A stretch of 64,000 nt of DNA from an uncultured Gammaproteobacteria bacterium (GTDB lineage Bacteria; Pseudomonadota; Gammaproteobacteria; DATFLG01). This document shows, piece by piece, positions 38,837 through 46,562 of this stretch. The first letter of the stretch is position 1. The number at the start of each line of letters is the position of its first letter. The notes beneath the pieces are model-generated. The model did no database searches. It saw only the letters and a program-made list of their open reading frames with translations, and was not told the origin of the DNA. The position numbers were made by a program, and so were the translations under genes. The stretch spans positions 771,931 to 835,930 of the forward strand of contig CAWHLH010000003.1 in assembly GCA_963830105.1 (NCBI GenBank), in the 5' to 3' direction.

Positions 38837-39412
38837 CTAGGGAATGGCACGCCTCTGACGGGCGATGCTGCGGCGGTGTTCCCGGAAGATATAACGTTCC
38901 AAGGCGTCCTTCAGGGCTTCATCCAGCAACTCGAAATGGACCTGAACGGTCACCAGGCCGTCGGCACCGACTTTCCGGCTGCGCACCCGGGTAAGCAATT
39001 CGAGGGGACGCGGAATCTCCGCGTCGAGGAACAGGTCCACCAGCAGCTCGCCGGTATCGGAGGACGGCCCATTCCGCTCGGTCCATTCCAGTCCCCGCGC
39101 GCCCAGACGCACAGGCACCGGCGCAGGTAGTGCCTGCTGATGGACCAGAAAACGTCCCACCAGGTCCAGCAGCAGATTCAACTTGGCATCGATGCGGACG
39201 AGCTCGGCCCCGCGGTGGCCGGGCTCCTCCTCCATGGGCTCTGCGAGATGTTCCCCGAAGGCCAGCAGGGTGTGGAGAAATTCCAGGCTGCGCCGATGAA
39301 TCGCCTGCACGGAGCCCTCTTCGCTCGCGCTGTCCGGTGCCCGCCAGCGCAATGGGAGAGCCGCCTCGAAGACCAGGCCGTCGCCCAATACATTGTCGGT
39401 TGCATCGTTCAT
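38837..39412 (-). CDS. Hypothetical protein of the fliT-fleQ interval
   Basis: 191 aa from the ATG at 39412: MNDATDNVLGDGLVFEAALPLRWRAPDSASEEG… The track ORF extends 110 codons upstream through a GC-skewed frame. No recognisable catalytic motifs. Its position suggests a flagellar accessory or c-di-GMP-binding (atypical PilZ-like) role. Confidence 0.5.
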   Translation of the reverse strand: MNDATDNVLGDGLVFEAALPLRWRAPDSASEEGSVQAIHRRSLEFLHTLLAFGEHLAEPMEEEPGHRGAELVRIDAKLNLLLDLVGRFLVHQQALPAPVPVRLGARGLEWTERNGPSSDTGELLVDLFLDAEIPRPLELLTRVRSRKVGADGLVTVQVHFELLDEALKDALERYIFREHRRSIARQRRAIP

Positions 39413-39480
39413 GGCGTTGTACAGTACCCGTCGCCTAAAAACCGGGCAAGGCCGGCACGGCCTTGCACCTTCCGATCGGT

Positions 39481-39801
39481 TCAGCGGCTGTTGGCCGCAT
39501 AGGCCGCTCGCACCTTGCGCCGGGACGCGAGTTCGCGGATCTGCCGACCGACCTCGCTGCGGCACTGTTCGAGCAGATCCATGGTCTGGTTGTCCAACTC
39601 CAGGACTTCTCTCATGGCGGCCACGACCGACGGGCTCGCGGCATCGGCGGGGCCACCGGAAACATAATCTTCCATCACCGCGCGGCGTTCCGCCTCCCGC
39701 TCGATTACCGTGGCCCACTCGCCGGCCTGGGCGTCCGCCCACATTGCCCGCGTCAATTCCAGCAGCCGATCCATGGAACTGTCTTCGTCTCGTGCCGGCA
39801 A
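39481..39801 (-). CDS. fliT: Flagellar chaperone FliT-like protein
   Basis: 106 aa, helical. LLELTRAMWADAQAGEWATVIEREAERRAVME fits the FliT pattern (ML.lA..geWd.l..lE.eR). Located after fliS. Confidence 0.55.
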   Translation of the reverse strand: MPARDEDSSMDRLLELTRAMWADAQAGEWATVIEREAERRAVMEDYVSGGPADAASPSVVAAMREVLELDNQTMDLLEQCRSEVGRQIRELASRRKVRAAYAANSR

Positions 39802-39804
39802 GTT

Positions 39805-40257
39805 CTAGCGTCCGCCGGCCACGACCGGTGCCGGCTGCTGCTCCGGACCGTAGTGCAGTTCAGGGGGAATTGCGTCCCAGGCACTCTTGATTTCCCGTAT
39901 CAGGCTGATCACCTCGTCCAGCATTGCCGGGTCGTTGTCATGATGGGCCTGTGCCAGGCGGCGCATCATGTAGTCGTACAGCTCATCCAGATGAACGGCA
40001 ATCTCGCCGCCGCGCTCCTTGTCCAGGCTCACCTGCAGTCCCTGGAGGATGGACACGGCCCAGTTGACATGCGCTCCTTTGAGCTGAACGTCACCTTGCT
40101 GCATGCAGCCTTTGGCTTTGGCGACCTTTTCCAGCACCCCCTCCATCAGCATCTGAACCAGCCGATGGGGCGAAGCCGTTTCGATTTCCGATTCCAGCCG
40201 GTTCCGGCTGTACTGCTTCAGACCACTGAGTTTGTCACCGTATGCCATCATCCGCAC
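39805..40257 (-). CDS. fliS: Flagellin-specific chaperone FliS
   Basis: …YSRNRLESEIETASPHRLVQMLMEGVLEKVAKAKGCMQQGD… is the FliS four-helix family. Start likely at the third Met (MMAYGDK). Confidence 0.85.
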   Translation of the reverse strand: MRMMAYGDKLSGLKQYSRNRLESEIETASPHRLVQMLMEGVLEKVAKAKGCMQQGDVQLKGAHVNWAVSILQGLQVSLDKERGGEIAVHLDELYDYMMRRLAQAHHDNDPAMLDEVISLIREIKSAWDAIPPELHYGPEQQPAPVVAGGR

Positions 40258-40462
40258 CCCGGTTGGGAATCAACTTGAAATCATTACAGGCAACAACCAA
40301 TCGACTGTGCCGGCAACCCGTCTGCTTTCTTGTAGCCGACGTCCCGCCCGGAACCCCGACGGTCGTCGCGTCCCTGTCCACTGATACTGCGACAGGTCCG
40401 GTTATGTGAGTTCTGCCGCCCCCCCTGCACTTGCTCCGCGCGCCCGGATACGTCCCTGCGAC

Positions 40463-41827
40463 TCAGGCCTTGGGCAACGACGCCAGCTGCTGAGTGAGAT
40501 AGTTGCTCGTGCCTTTCATATTGCCCAACAGCTGGTCGAGGGCGCTGTACTGCTTGGTCAACGTCTGCTGGTAACTATCCAGGTACTGCTGCATCTGGTC
40601 GATCTGGTCCTGCACGTTGCTGATGTTGTTGTTCAGACCCTGGGTCCGTGTCTGCACCAGACCCTGGGGGCCGCTGAGCTGCTGACCCAGAGTGACAAGG
40701 CTGCCGGCAAAGCTCGCAAACAGGTTCGCCGTCCCGTTCGGATCGGAAGCCAGGGCCGAGTTCAGGGTGCTGGTATCCACGCTCAAGGTGCCGTCCTTCT
40801 GGACGGACACCCCAACCTGCGCCAGATAGCTATAAGTGCTGCTGGCACCGGACGCTGGCGTATTGAGCGTATTGAAAAGCATGGACTGCATCAGGCGCAC
40901 CGTACTGTCGCTGGTCGACGTGCCGGTCTGGGTACTGCCGATCGCGCTGTGCACGGTGTTGTAGGCGTCGACGAATTTCTGGACCTGCGCGCCGATCCCC
41001 TTCTGGTCCTGAGCCACGGACAGGGTCACCGTGCTACCGGTGCTGGTCACCCCATTCAGGTTCAGGGTGACACCCGGCAGCACGCCGGTCACCGTGTTGG
41101 TGGTGCTGGACACGGCGACGTTGTTTACCGTGAAGGCGGCATCCTGGGCCGGCTGCGCAGTCGAGGTGCCCAGTGGGTCGGTTATCGCGCTGCCTGAGCT
41201 ATTCGTGAACGAAAGTGAAAAGCCGTTCGCGCCGCCGGGCTTGTCCGCAGTCAGCATCAGCTGATAGGGATTGCTGGTGGAGCCGTTGTTGATAACCGAC
41301 GCTGTCACTCCGGGATTGCTGGAAGACTGGTTAATCCCGTCGGCGATCTGCTGAAGGGTCTGACCGCCGACATTGATGGTGGCCGAGTTTGACCCCACCG
41401 TAATGGTCATCTGGTCGCCGGCGCTGCCGACCGTGGTCGTGTTCGAATCCGCAAAGCCCTGGGAGGTATCGGTCTGAGCCTGGGCCAGCTTCGAGACCGT
41501 CAACTGGTAGTTTCCCGCCGTCGCGGAAGAGTCCGCCGTCGCCGAGAGGACATTCTGGTTGGAAGAGGTCGTCGTGAACGCCTGGAACTGGGTGGGATCG
41601 GTAAAGCCCTGCATGGCCGTCTGGAAGGTCGACAGCGCACTGCTCAGCTTTCCGTAGGCGCTCAACTGAGCCTGGTAGTCGGACTGCTGCTTCTGCAATC
41701 GCTGCAGAGGCTGACTCTCGACCGCCATCAGCTTCTGAACGATTGACTGCAGATCGATTCCCGAGCCTACTCCGAGCGAACTGAGTGCCGGCGTGGCACC
41801 CAACGAAGTTGTGCTCGATATGGTCAT
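40463..41827 (-). CDS. fliD: Flagellar filament cap protein FliD (HAP2)
   Basis: 454 aa. N-terminus MTISSTTSLGATPALSSLGVGSGIDLQSIVQKLMAVESQPLQRLQKQQSDYQAQLSAYGKL and C-terminus …LTKQYSALDQLLGNMKGTSNYLTQQL are the conserved FliD terminal coiled coils. Confidence 0.92.
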   Translation of the reverse strand: MTISSTTSLGATPALSSLGVGSGIDLQSIVQKLMAVESQPLQRLQKQQSDYQAQLSAYGKLSSALSTFQTAMQGFTDPTQFQAFTTTSSNQNVLSATADSSATAGNYQLTVSKLAQAQTDTSQGFADSNTTTVGSAGDQMTITVGSNSATINVGGQTLQQIADGINQSSSNPGVTASVINNGSTSNPYQLMLTADKPGGANGFSLSFTNSSGSAITDPLGTSTAQPAQDAAFTVNNVAVSSTTNTVTGVLPGVTLNLNGVTSTGSTVTLSVAQDQKGIGAQVQKFVDAYNTVHSAIGSTQTGTSTSDSTVRLMQSMLFNTLNTPASGASSTYSYLAQVGVSVQKDGTLSVDTSTLNSALASDPNGTANLFASFAGSLVTLGQQLSGPQGLVQTRTQGLNNNISNVQDQIDQMQQYLDSYQQTLTKQYSALDQLLGNMKGTSNYLTQQLASLPKA

Positions 41828-41860
41828 TACACGGCTCCCGTGGCGAGTCTCTCGGAAACT

Positions 41861-41876
41861 TGCAAATCCAGTGCCA
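41861..41876 (-). promoter_or_regulatory. Sigma-54 promoter for fliD, perfect consensus
   Basis: Minus strand reads TGGCACtggatTTGCA, exactly TGGCAC-N5-TTGCA. It starts immediately after the flaG stop and lies about 34 nt upstream of the fliD ATG. Confidence 0.75.
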
Positions 41877-42257
41877 TCATGCGCGCGTACGCAGCAAAGC
41901 GCCCGGCAACCGCTCGGGATGCTGGGCCAGCTGAATCACCTGCTCCGGGGGAAGCTGCAGAATTACTTTCTTGCTCTGCGAATCAATGAGTTTCGCCACC
42001 GTGTACCCCGACTGAAGGTCCACCGTGAGCTTCAATGCCGGCGCGGTCTTTTTGATCGCATGCCTGAGTTGTTTAAGGGCGGCTTCGAAGTGCTGTCCCT
42101 GGGAGTGTTTATCGGTCGCCGGGGCTGGCAACACGCTGCCAGTGGGCGGCAAATTTGCGCCGGCGCCGGTTGCCGGTGGGGAAGGCACCGAGGGCGCAGG
42201 GGATTGCGACACTGCCTGCGTATCGGGGGATATCGAGGAGTTGAAGTTGACCTGCAT
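41877..42257 (-). CDS. flaG: Flagellar protein FlaG
   Basis: 126 aa. C-terminal …LKLTVDLQSGYTVAKLIDSQSKKVILQLPPEQVIQLAQ matches the FlaG family. Located between fliC and fliD. Confidence 0.8.
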   Translation of the reverse strand: MQVNFNSSISPDTQAVSQSPAPSVPSPPATGAGANLPPTGSVLPAPATDKHSQGQHFEAALKQLRHAIKKTAPALKLTVDLQSGYTVAKLIDSQSKKVILQLPPEQVIQLAQHPERLPGALLRTRA

Positions 42258-42282
42258 GGCCGCGTGCCCTCCAGCGAAGACG

Positions 42283-42307
42283 CCTGCGGGGCGGGATGCC
42301 CCGCAGG
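42283..42307. terminator. GC-rich hairpin downstream of fliC (putative attenuator/terminator)
   Basis: cctgcgggg-cgggatg-ccccgcagg, a 9-bp perfect stem 20 nt after the fliC stop on the transcribed strand. The following tract CGUCUUCGCU is only weakly U-rich. Confidence 0.35.
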
Positions 42308-42326
42308 CTTACCGCGCGCTGGCCGA

Positions 42327-43178
42327 TTAGCCGAGCAGCTTGAGTGCGAGCTGAGGTATCGAATTGGCCTGAGCCAACATGGATACACCTGCCTGCTGCA
42401 GGATCTGGGCCCTGGAAAGTGCGGCCGTCTGTGCCGCATAGTTCGTATCCACGATGGTGCTGCGGGCCGCGGTCAGATTCTGCTGAGAGTTGGTCAGGTT
42501 GGCTACCACCGAGTTGAAGCGGTTCTGGATGGCGCCGAAGGTGGCGGACTCGGAGGCCACGGTCTTGATGTCGGCCTGAATGCTGGTGATTGCCGCCGAC
42601 GCGGCCGACTGGCTGCTTACCTTGATGGTGTTGGTAGCAGTCAGGGTGCTGCTGAAGCTATTCAGTTTGTTCGTGCCGTTGGCAAGGTTCACACCGGTGG
42701 CGGTGATCTGGTCGTTCGCGCTACCGTTCTGGCCCACCTGGAAAGTGATGTTGGTGCTGCCCGATAGCAGCTGCGTTCCGGCGTATTTGGTGGTTGTGAC
42801 GATCTGGGAGATCTGCTGGGTGAGCTGGTCCACCTCCTTCTGGATACCGCCGCGCGCCGCCGAGGACACCGTGCCGTTGGCGGCCTCCACGGCCAGCTGG
42901 TTGATACGCTGCAGGGAGTCGCTGATCTGCTGCATGGCCCCGCCGGCAGTCTGCGCCAGGGAGACACCGTCGTTGGCATTGCGGACCGCCTGGCCCATGC
43001 CGTTGATATCGCCAGTCATCAGCTGAGACGAGTAGTAACCGGAGGCGTCGGATGCGGCGTTCTGCACCCGCAAGCCCGACGACAGCTGCTGCAGGGCGTC
43101 CGACAGCGAGCTCTGGGACTTCGAGAGGTTGTTCTGCGCGTACAGCGACATCAGATTGGTATTGATGGTAAGTGCCAT
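42327..43178 (-). CDS. fliC: Flagellin FliC (short, 283 aa)
   Basis: MALTINTNLMSLYAQNNLSKSQSSLSDALQQLSSGLRVQNAASDASGYYSSQLMTG… is the N-terminal D0/D1. C-terminal …TAALSRAQILQQAGVSMLAQANSIPQLALKLLG. The short central region is Ser/Thr-rich (NSFSSTLTATNTIKVSSQSAASAAITS). Confidence 0.95.
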   Translation of the reverse strand: MALTINTNLMSLYAQNNLSKSQSSLSDALQQLSSGLRVQNAASDASGYYSSQLMTGDINGMGQAVRNANDGVSLAQTAGGAMQQISDSLQRINQLAVEAANGTVSSAARGGIQKEVDQLTQQISQIVTTTKYAGTQLLSGSTNITFQVGQNGSANDQITATGVNLANGTNKLNSFSSTLTATNTIKVSSQSAASAAITSIQADIKTVASESATFGAIQNRFNSVVANLTNSQQNLTAARSTIVDTNYAAQTAALSRAQILQQAGVSMLAQANSIPQLALKLLG

Positions 43179-43282
43179 GGATTCAGCCCTCTTGACACAC
43201 GGGCAATCACTCGATCGAAGCGCCCGCGGTTCATGTACCTAGCGGATATGCGCGGATTGCGCATTTACCGCTGCCAACTCCT

Positions 43283-43310
43283 GTATCGGTCAGCAATGGG
43301 CGAACTTTAG
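43283..43310 (-). promoter_or_regulatory. Sigma-28 (FliA) class-III promoter for fliC
   Basis: Minus strand reads cTAAAgttcgcccattgctgACCGATAc, i.e. TAAA-N15-(A)CCGATA(C) against consensus TAAA-N15-GCCGATAA. About 105 nt upstream of the fliC ATG. Confidence 0.6.
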
Positions 43311-43703
43311 GAACGGAAGGAGCTCCGCAGCGACAAAACCCGGAAACTCAACAAGGGCTGGGGGATAGCCGGCACTCGGACGCCAAATCCGGCTGTTTTA
43401 TAGTGATTTTATTGAGCCAACCGAGATCGACGGTCGCCTGAACAGTGACTTCCCAACTGTCCGGTCACCCGAGCCTATTCTCGGCAGGGTATGGGAGCTG
43501 CCCGGTTACCCTCCCGACAAACGCCGCCCCCCGGCCGGTGATGGGAATTGGGCAGCGCACGGTTCACCGAGCTCGGGGCACACTTCGGCGCGTTTCCACA
43601 GCATTTGTGGGAAGCCCGCCGCTCGCGACACAGGCCTGCCTTGCGATCAACGGCTTCTGTTTCCGCCCGCATTATCGTCAGCCCCGGAGCTGCATACCCT
43701 TCA

Positions 43704-43737
43704 GGGATCCGGAGTCCGCCAAAACTCCGGATCCCTG
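43704..43737. other. 12-bp perfect hairpin between the glycosylation operon and the fliC promoter
   Basis: agggatccggag-tccgccaaaa-ctccggatccct. The stem is perfectly complementary. No flanking U-tract on either strand. Confidence 0.5.
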
Positions 43738-43863
43738 ACCAACCATTTCCAGATACCTGCATTGACACTCTGCGCGCGCGACAAAGCAACCGCCGCGACC
43801 GAGACCTGCGTGCCGTCGCCCGCCGGTCATGCTGGGTTGGCTCCGTCGCATGGGCCAACATCC

Positions 43864-46275
43864 TCAGCCCGCCCCGGCAGTCTGTACGGCAGCCCGCTCT
43901 TCCGTCGTTTCCTGCCGACGGAGAATGATTTCGGCATTCTCAGCGGCGTTGATGGTGCGCTCGCGAAGTTCGCTGGAGAGGAATGGGCCATTGAACGCTT
44001 GTTGATACCAATGGCTGTATTCGCCGACAACGAAGTTCAGAAAATGCGACCATGGTCCGTAACCTATATTGAGGCAGGTCTGGCAACCCGCCGCATACTC
44101 TCCTGTCACCACCCCGTCTCGAATGAGACGGTATCCGGGACCACGCCAGATGTCCAAACCCGACTGCCGACTGACATCGCCCAGTGCCGGACTCAGGCTG
44201 TCATGGAAACAGCAAGTCTTCACGCGGCCGTTCTTACGCACATACAACGTCTTGAACGGCTCCATGCACGGATGATTGACCGGTTTGGCCGGTTTGGCCA
44301 TGCCGAGCAGGGCCGCCCGGTCAGAGGCCTCGGCATCGAACACCGTCGGCTGCTCTGCGCCGCGCTCACCCGGCTTCTTCGGCTTGACGGTCTTGGCAAC
44401 CGCCTTAAACTGAGTGATCGGAACGAACTCCACGGGTGTCGACGTGTCGCCGTCGCTGCCCCCCATCACAAAATCCGCCTTGCGTTGCCGCGCCTCCTCC
44501 TCATCGGCCACAACCGAGTGTTCGAACTGCTCGGCGCTCAGCCCGATGCCCAGTTGTTTCGCCAACGCCTTCGCTTGCTCGAGCTTCTGGCCCTCGACCC
44601 AGGGCCGGTTCACGGCAATGTGCCCCGAGACGACCGGGTTATCCGCCTGCCCATTCAACTGCTTGACGAAGATGTGATTCACTCCTAAGGATGCCATCAG
44701 CACCACGAATTGCGGCAGGCTGTCGATATGATGCTGGAACGACAGCGAATTGATGACAATGTTCGGAATCGGCGAGTTCAAGCGCCGCTTGGTCTCGGCC
44801 AAGCGGGCGATGCCACCCAGCACCTGCTCGAACACGCCACCCTGGTAGACGTTCTCATAGTCTTCCTTGGTGGCTCCCGAGAAGCTGATCGTGATGGCGC
44901 TTACCTTGCGTTCCACCAGAAATGTGCACAACTCTTCGGTAAGGTGCATGCCGTTGGTGAAGAAATCGATGGCGACTTCGAAAGGGGCCAGATAGTCAAT
45001 CAACTCACGGAACTGGGGGTGGATTGTGGGCTCTCCAAAACCGAAACAGTGCACGATCAGGGCGTGCTCAAGCACTTCGTCCATCGCACCGGCAAAAGCG
45101 TCCTTGTCGATGAAACCCCGCTCCTGGTTGCGCAACGTCTCGTACCGGTTCGGGTTCAATAGCGAGAAGTCGCGACACATGGCACACTTCAGATCACAAA
45201 CGTTGCTGACCTCGAGGAACACCTCGAGGGGATAGTCCGGATAGTCGCCCCCTTCGCTGAAATCGAGAAAGGACTGAAGTGTGTGACGCTTTGCGCCTGC
45301 AAGGCGACCCTCCGGTTGAGTCTCTTGCTCAGCCGACAACCGCCCTGGCGCGGGTGCGCCGTCGGTTTTCCGCCCGCTCGCATCGCGCAGCACCGACTGT
45401 TCGTCGCCTGCGGGGACAATCTCGCTGCCGTACTTGCTGGACAGCAGGACGTTCACCCTATCGATGGCCCGATTCGGCCCCGCATAGGCGGTTGCCTCAA
45501 GCAGCCCTTTGGAGTCGAGTCGTGGCCCGTAAATCAGTAGCGACGGCGTTATCTCGTCCGGATAGAACGCCGGGTGCACGTCCTCGTGAGTAGGGAATAC
45601 CAGTTCCAGAGGCAGCATTTGCACGGGAATTGCTTCCGAGTGCAACGCCAGTGTCAGCGCTATGGATTCCAGATCTCCCACTGTCCTATTGCCGAGACTC
45701 AGATAGTCGGCTTCTCTTCGAAGACGTAGTGAGTACGTACGCCATGCCTCGCGCAGCGGGACCGCAAATGCCCTCGGAACCACCATGAACGACGGATCGT
45801 AATAGGGGATCGACGGAGCATAGTCACTGATTGTCACGCAATGAGCGCTCGGCAGCTTCTGATCGAAGTGCGCGAACAAGCGCCGCCATACCGGAAGCGA
45901 AATAGGGCTGCGGCCGGCGGGTCGCACCGCAACCGCTCCCGGATTCAAGTACCCGGAAAAGTCGGCCGCAACCACCGAAGCGACATCCATTGCTACAAGC
46001 AGGTCCCAATTCCCATCGATGTGAAACAGTGGAGACCTGATGCCTGGCGCGTTGTGGTCATCATTGGCTGACGCCACCACCACCTCAATTCCATTGGCGT
46101 TCAGCATACTGCGTATTTGCGACGGGACGTCCGCAGAAAATACAGCCACAAAGCGGCTGGCGGTGATCGCACCGCCAAACTCCGCTGCCGTCGTGACAAG
46201 GATACTGGCCCGCAGCATGTCGGGCTCGTCCGGTCCTACGATGAAGGCAAATGCAACACGCTCGTTCATTTCCAT
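43864..46275 (-). CDS. Radical SAM / SPASM-domain enzyme fused to a ~330-aa N-terminal domain of unknown function (glycosylation island)
   Basis: Radical SAM core CDLKCAMC (Cx3Cx2C) preceded by DYPLEVFLEVSNV. C-terminal Cys cluster HPCMEPF…KTCCF…GCQTCLN is SPASM/twitch-like. A low-complexity K/P/A linker lies between them. Likely start is the ATG at 46275 (GAGGAA RBS). The track ORF starts at a TTG at 46305. Confidence 0.75.
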   Translation of the reverse strand: MEMNERVAFAFIVGPDEPDMLRASILVTTAAEFGGAITASRFVAVFSADVPSQIRSMLNANGIEVVVASANDDHNAPGIRSPLFHIDGNWDLLVAMDVASVVAADFSGYLNPGAVAVRPAGRSPISLPVWRRLFAHFDQKLPSAHCVTISDYAPSIPYYDPSFMVVPRAFAVPLREAWRTYSLRLRREADYLSLGNRTVGDLESIALTLALHSEAIPVQMLPLELVFPTHEDVHPAFYPDEITPSLLIYGPRLDSKGLLEATAYAGPNRAIDRVNVLLSSKYGSEIVPAGDEQSVLRDASGRKTDGAPAPGRLSAEQETQPEGRLAGAKRHTLQSFLDFSEGGDYPDYPLEVFLEVSNVCDLKCAMCRDFSLLNPNRYETLRNQERGFIDKDAFAGAMDEVLEHALIVHCFGFGEPTIHPQFRELIDYLAPFEVAIDFFTNGMHLTEELCTFLVERKVSAITISFSGATKEDYENVYQGGVFEQVLGGIARLAETKRRLNSPIPNIVINSLSFQHHIDSLPQFVVLMASLGVNHIFVKQLNGQADNPVVSGHIAVNRPWVEGQKLEQAKALAKQLGIGLSAEQFEHSVVADEEEARQRKADFVMGGSDGDTSTPVEFVPITQFKAVAKTVKPKKPGERGAEQPTVFDAEASDRAALLGMAKPAKPVNHPCMEPFKTLYVRKNGRVKTCCFHDSLSPALGDVSRQSGLDIWRGPGYRLIRDGVVTGEYAAGCQTCLNIGYGPWSHFLNFVVGEYSHWYQQAFNGPFLSSELRERTINAAENAEIILRRQETTEERAAVQTAGAG

Positions 46276-46562
46276 GCGAAATTCCTCTTCCACTCGTGGA
46301 ACCAAAGCCGACGAGAGACTGCTCCGAAGGGATGGCCGGCCTTCGGATCGCTCTTACAACGGCATGCCCCGAAGGTGCCTACGGTCGGATCGAAGGGGGG
46401 ACTGCCTCGAACTCGCAAGGCCATGCCCCCTTGTATCCCAAGAACCCCCAGACGGAATTAACGCGTCACGGGTGTTCGATCGATCTGCGCCCGCCCCCCC
46501 CCTTCAACGGATGCCACGATGCATTCCTGACGTCATCGCCCAAGGCCCAACGCAACTGGGGT

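Noticed and set aside
43762-44688. 308-aa plus ORF in the glycosylation island
   Set aside because: Antisense to the radical SAM/SPASM gene, whose frame carries the Cx3Cx2C and SPASM motifs.
46494-46502. C9 homopolymer (plus G6 at 46395-46400) in the intergenic region upstream of the radical SAM gene. Also C7 at 40418-40424 (fliD-fliS gap) and G8 at 27622-27629 inside fliK.
   Set aside because: Candidate slipped-strand phase-variation sites by analogy with Campylobacter glycosylation loci. At about 65% GC, several runs of 8-9 are expected by chance in 64 kb, and none is positioned to switch a reading frame. Only the fleS tract coincides with an actual frameshift.
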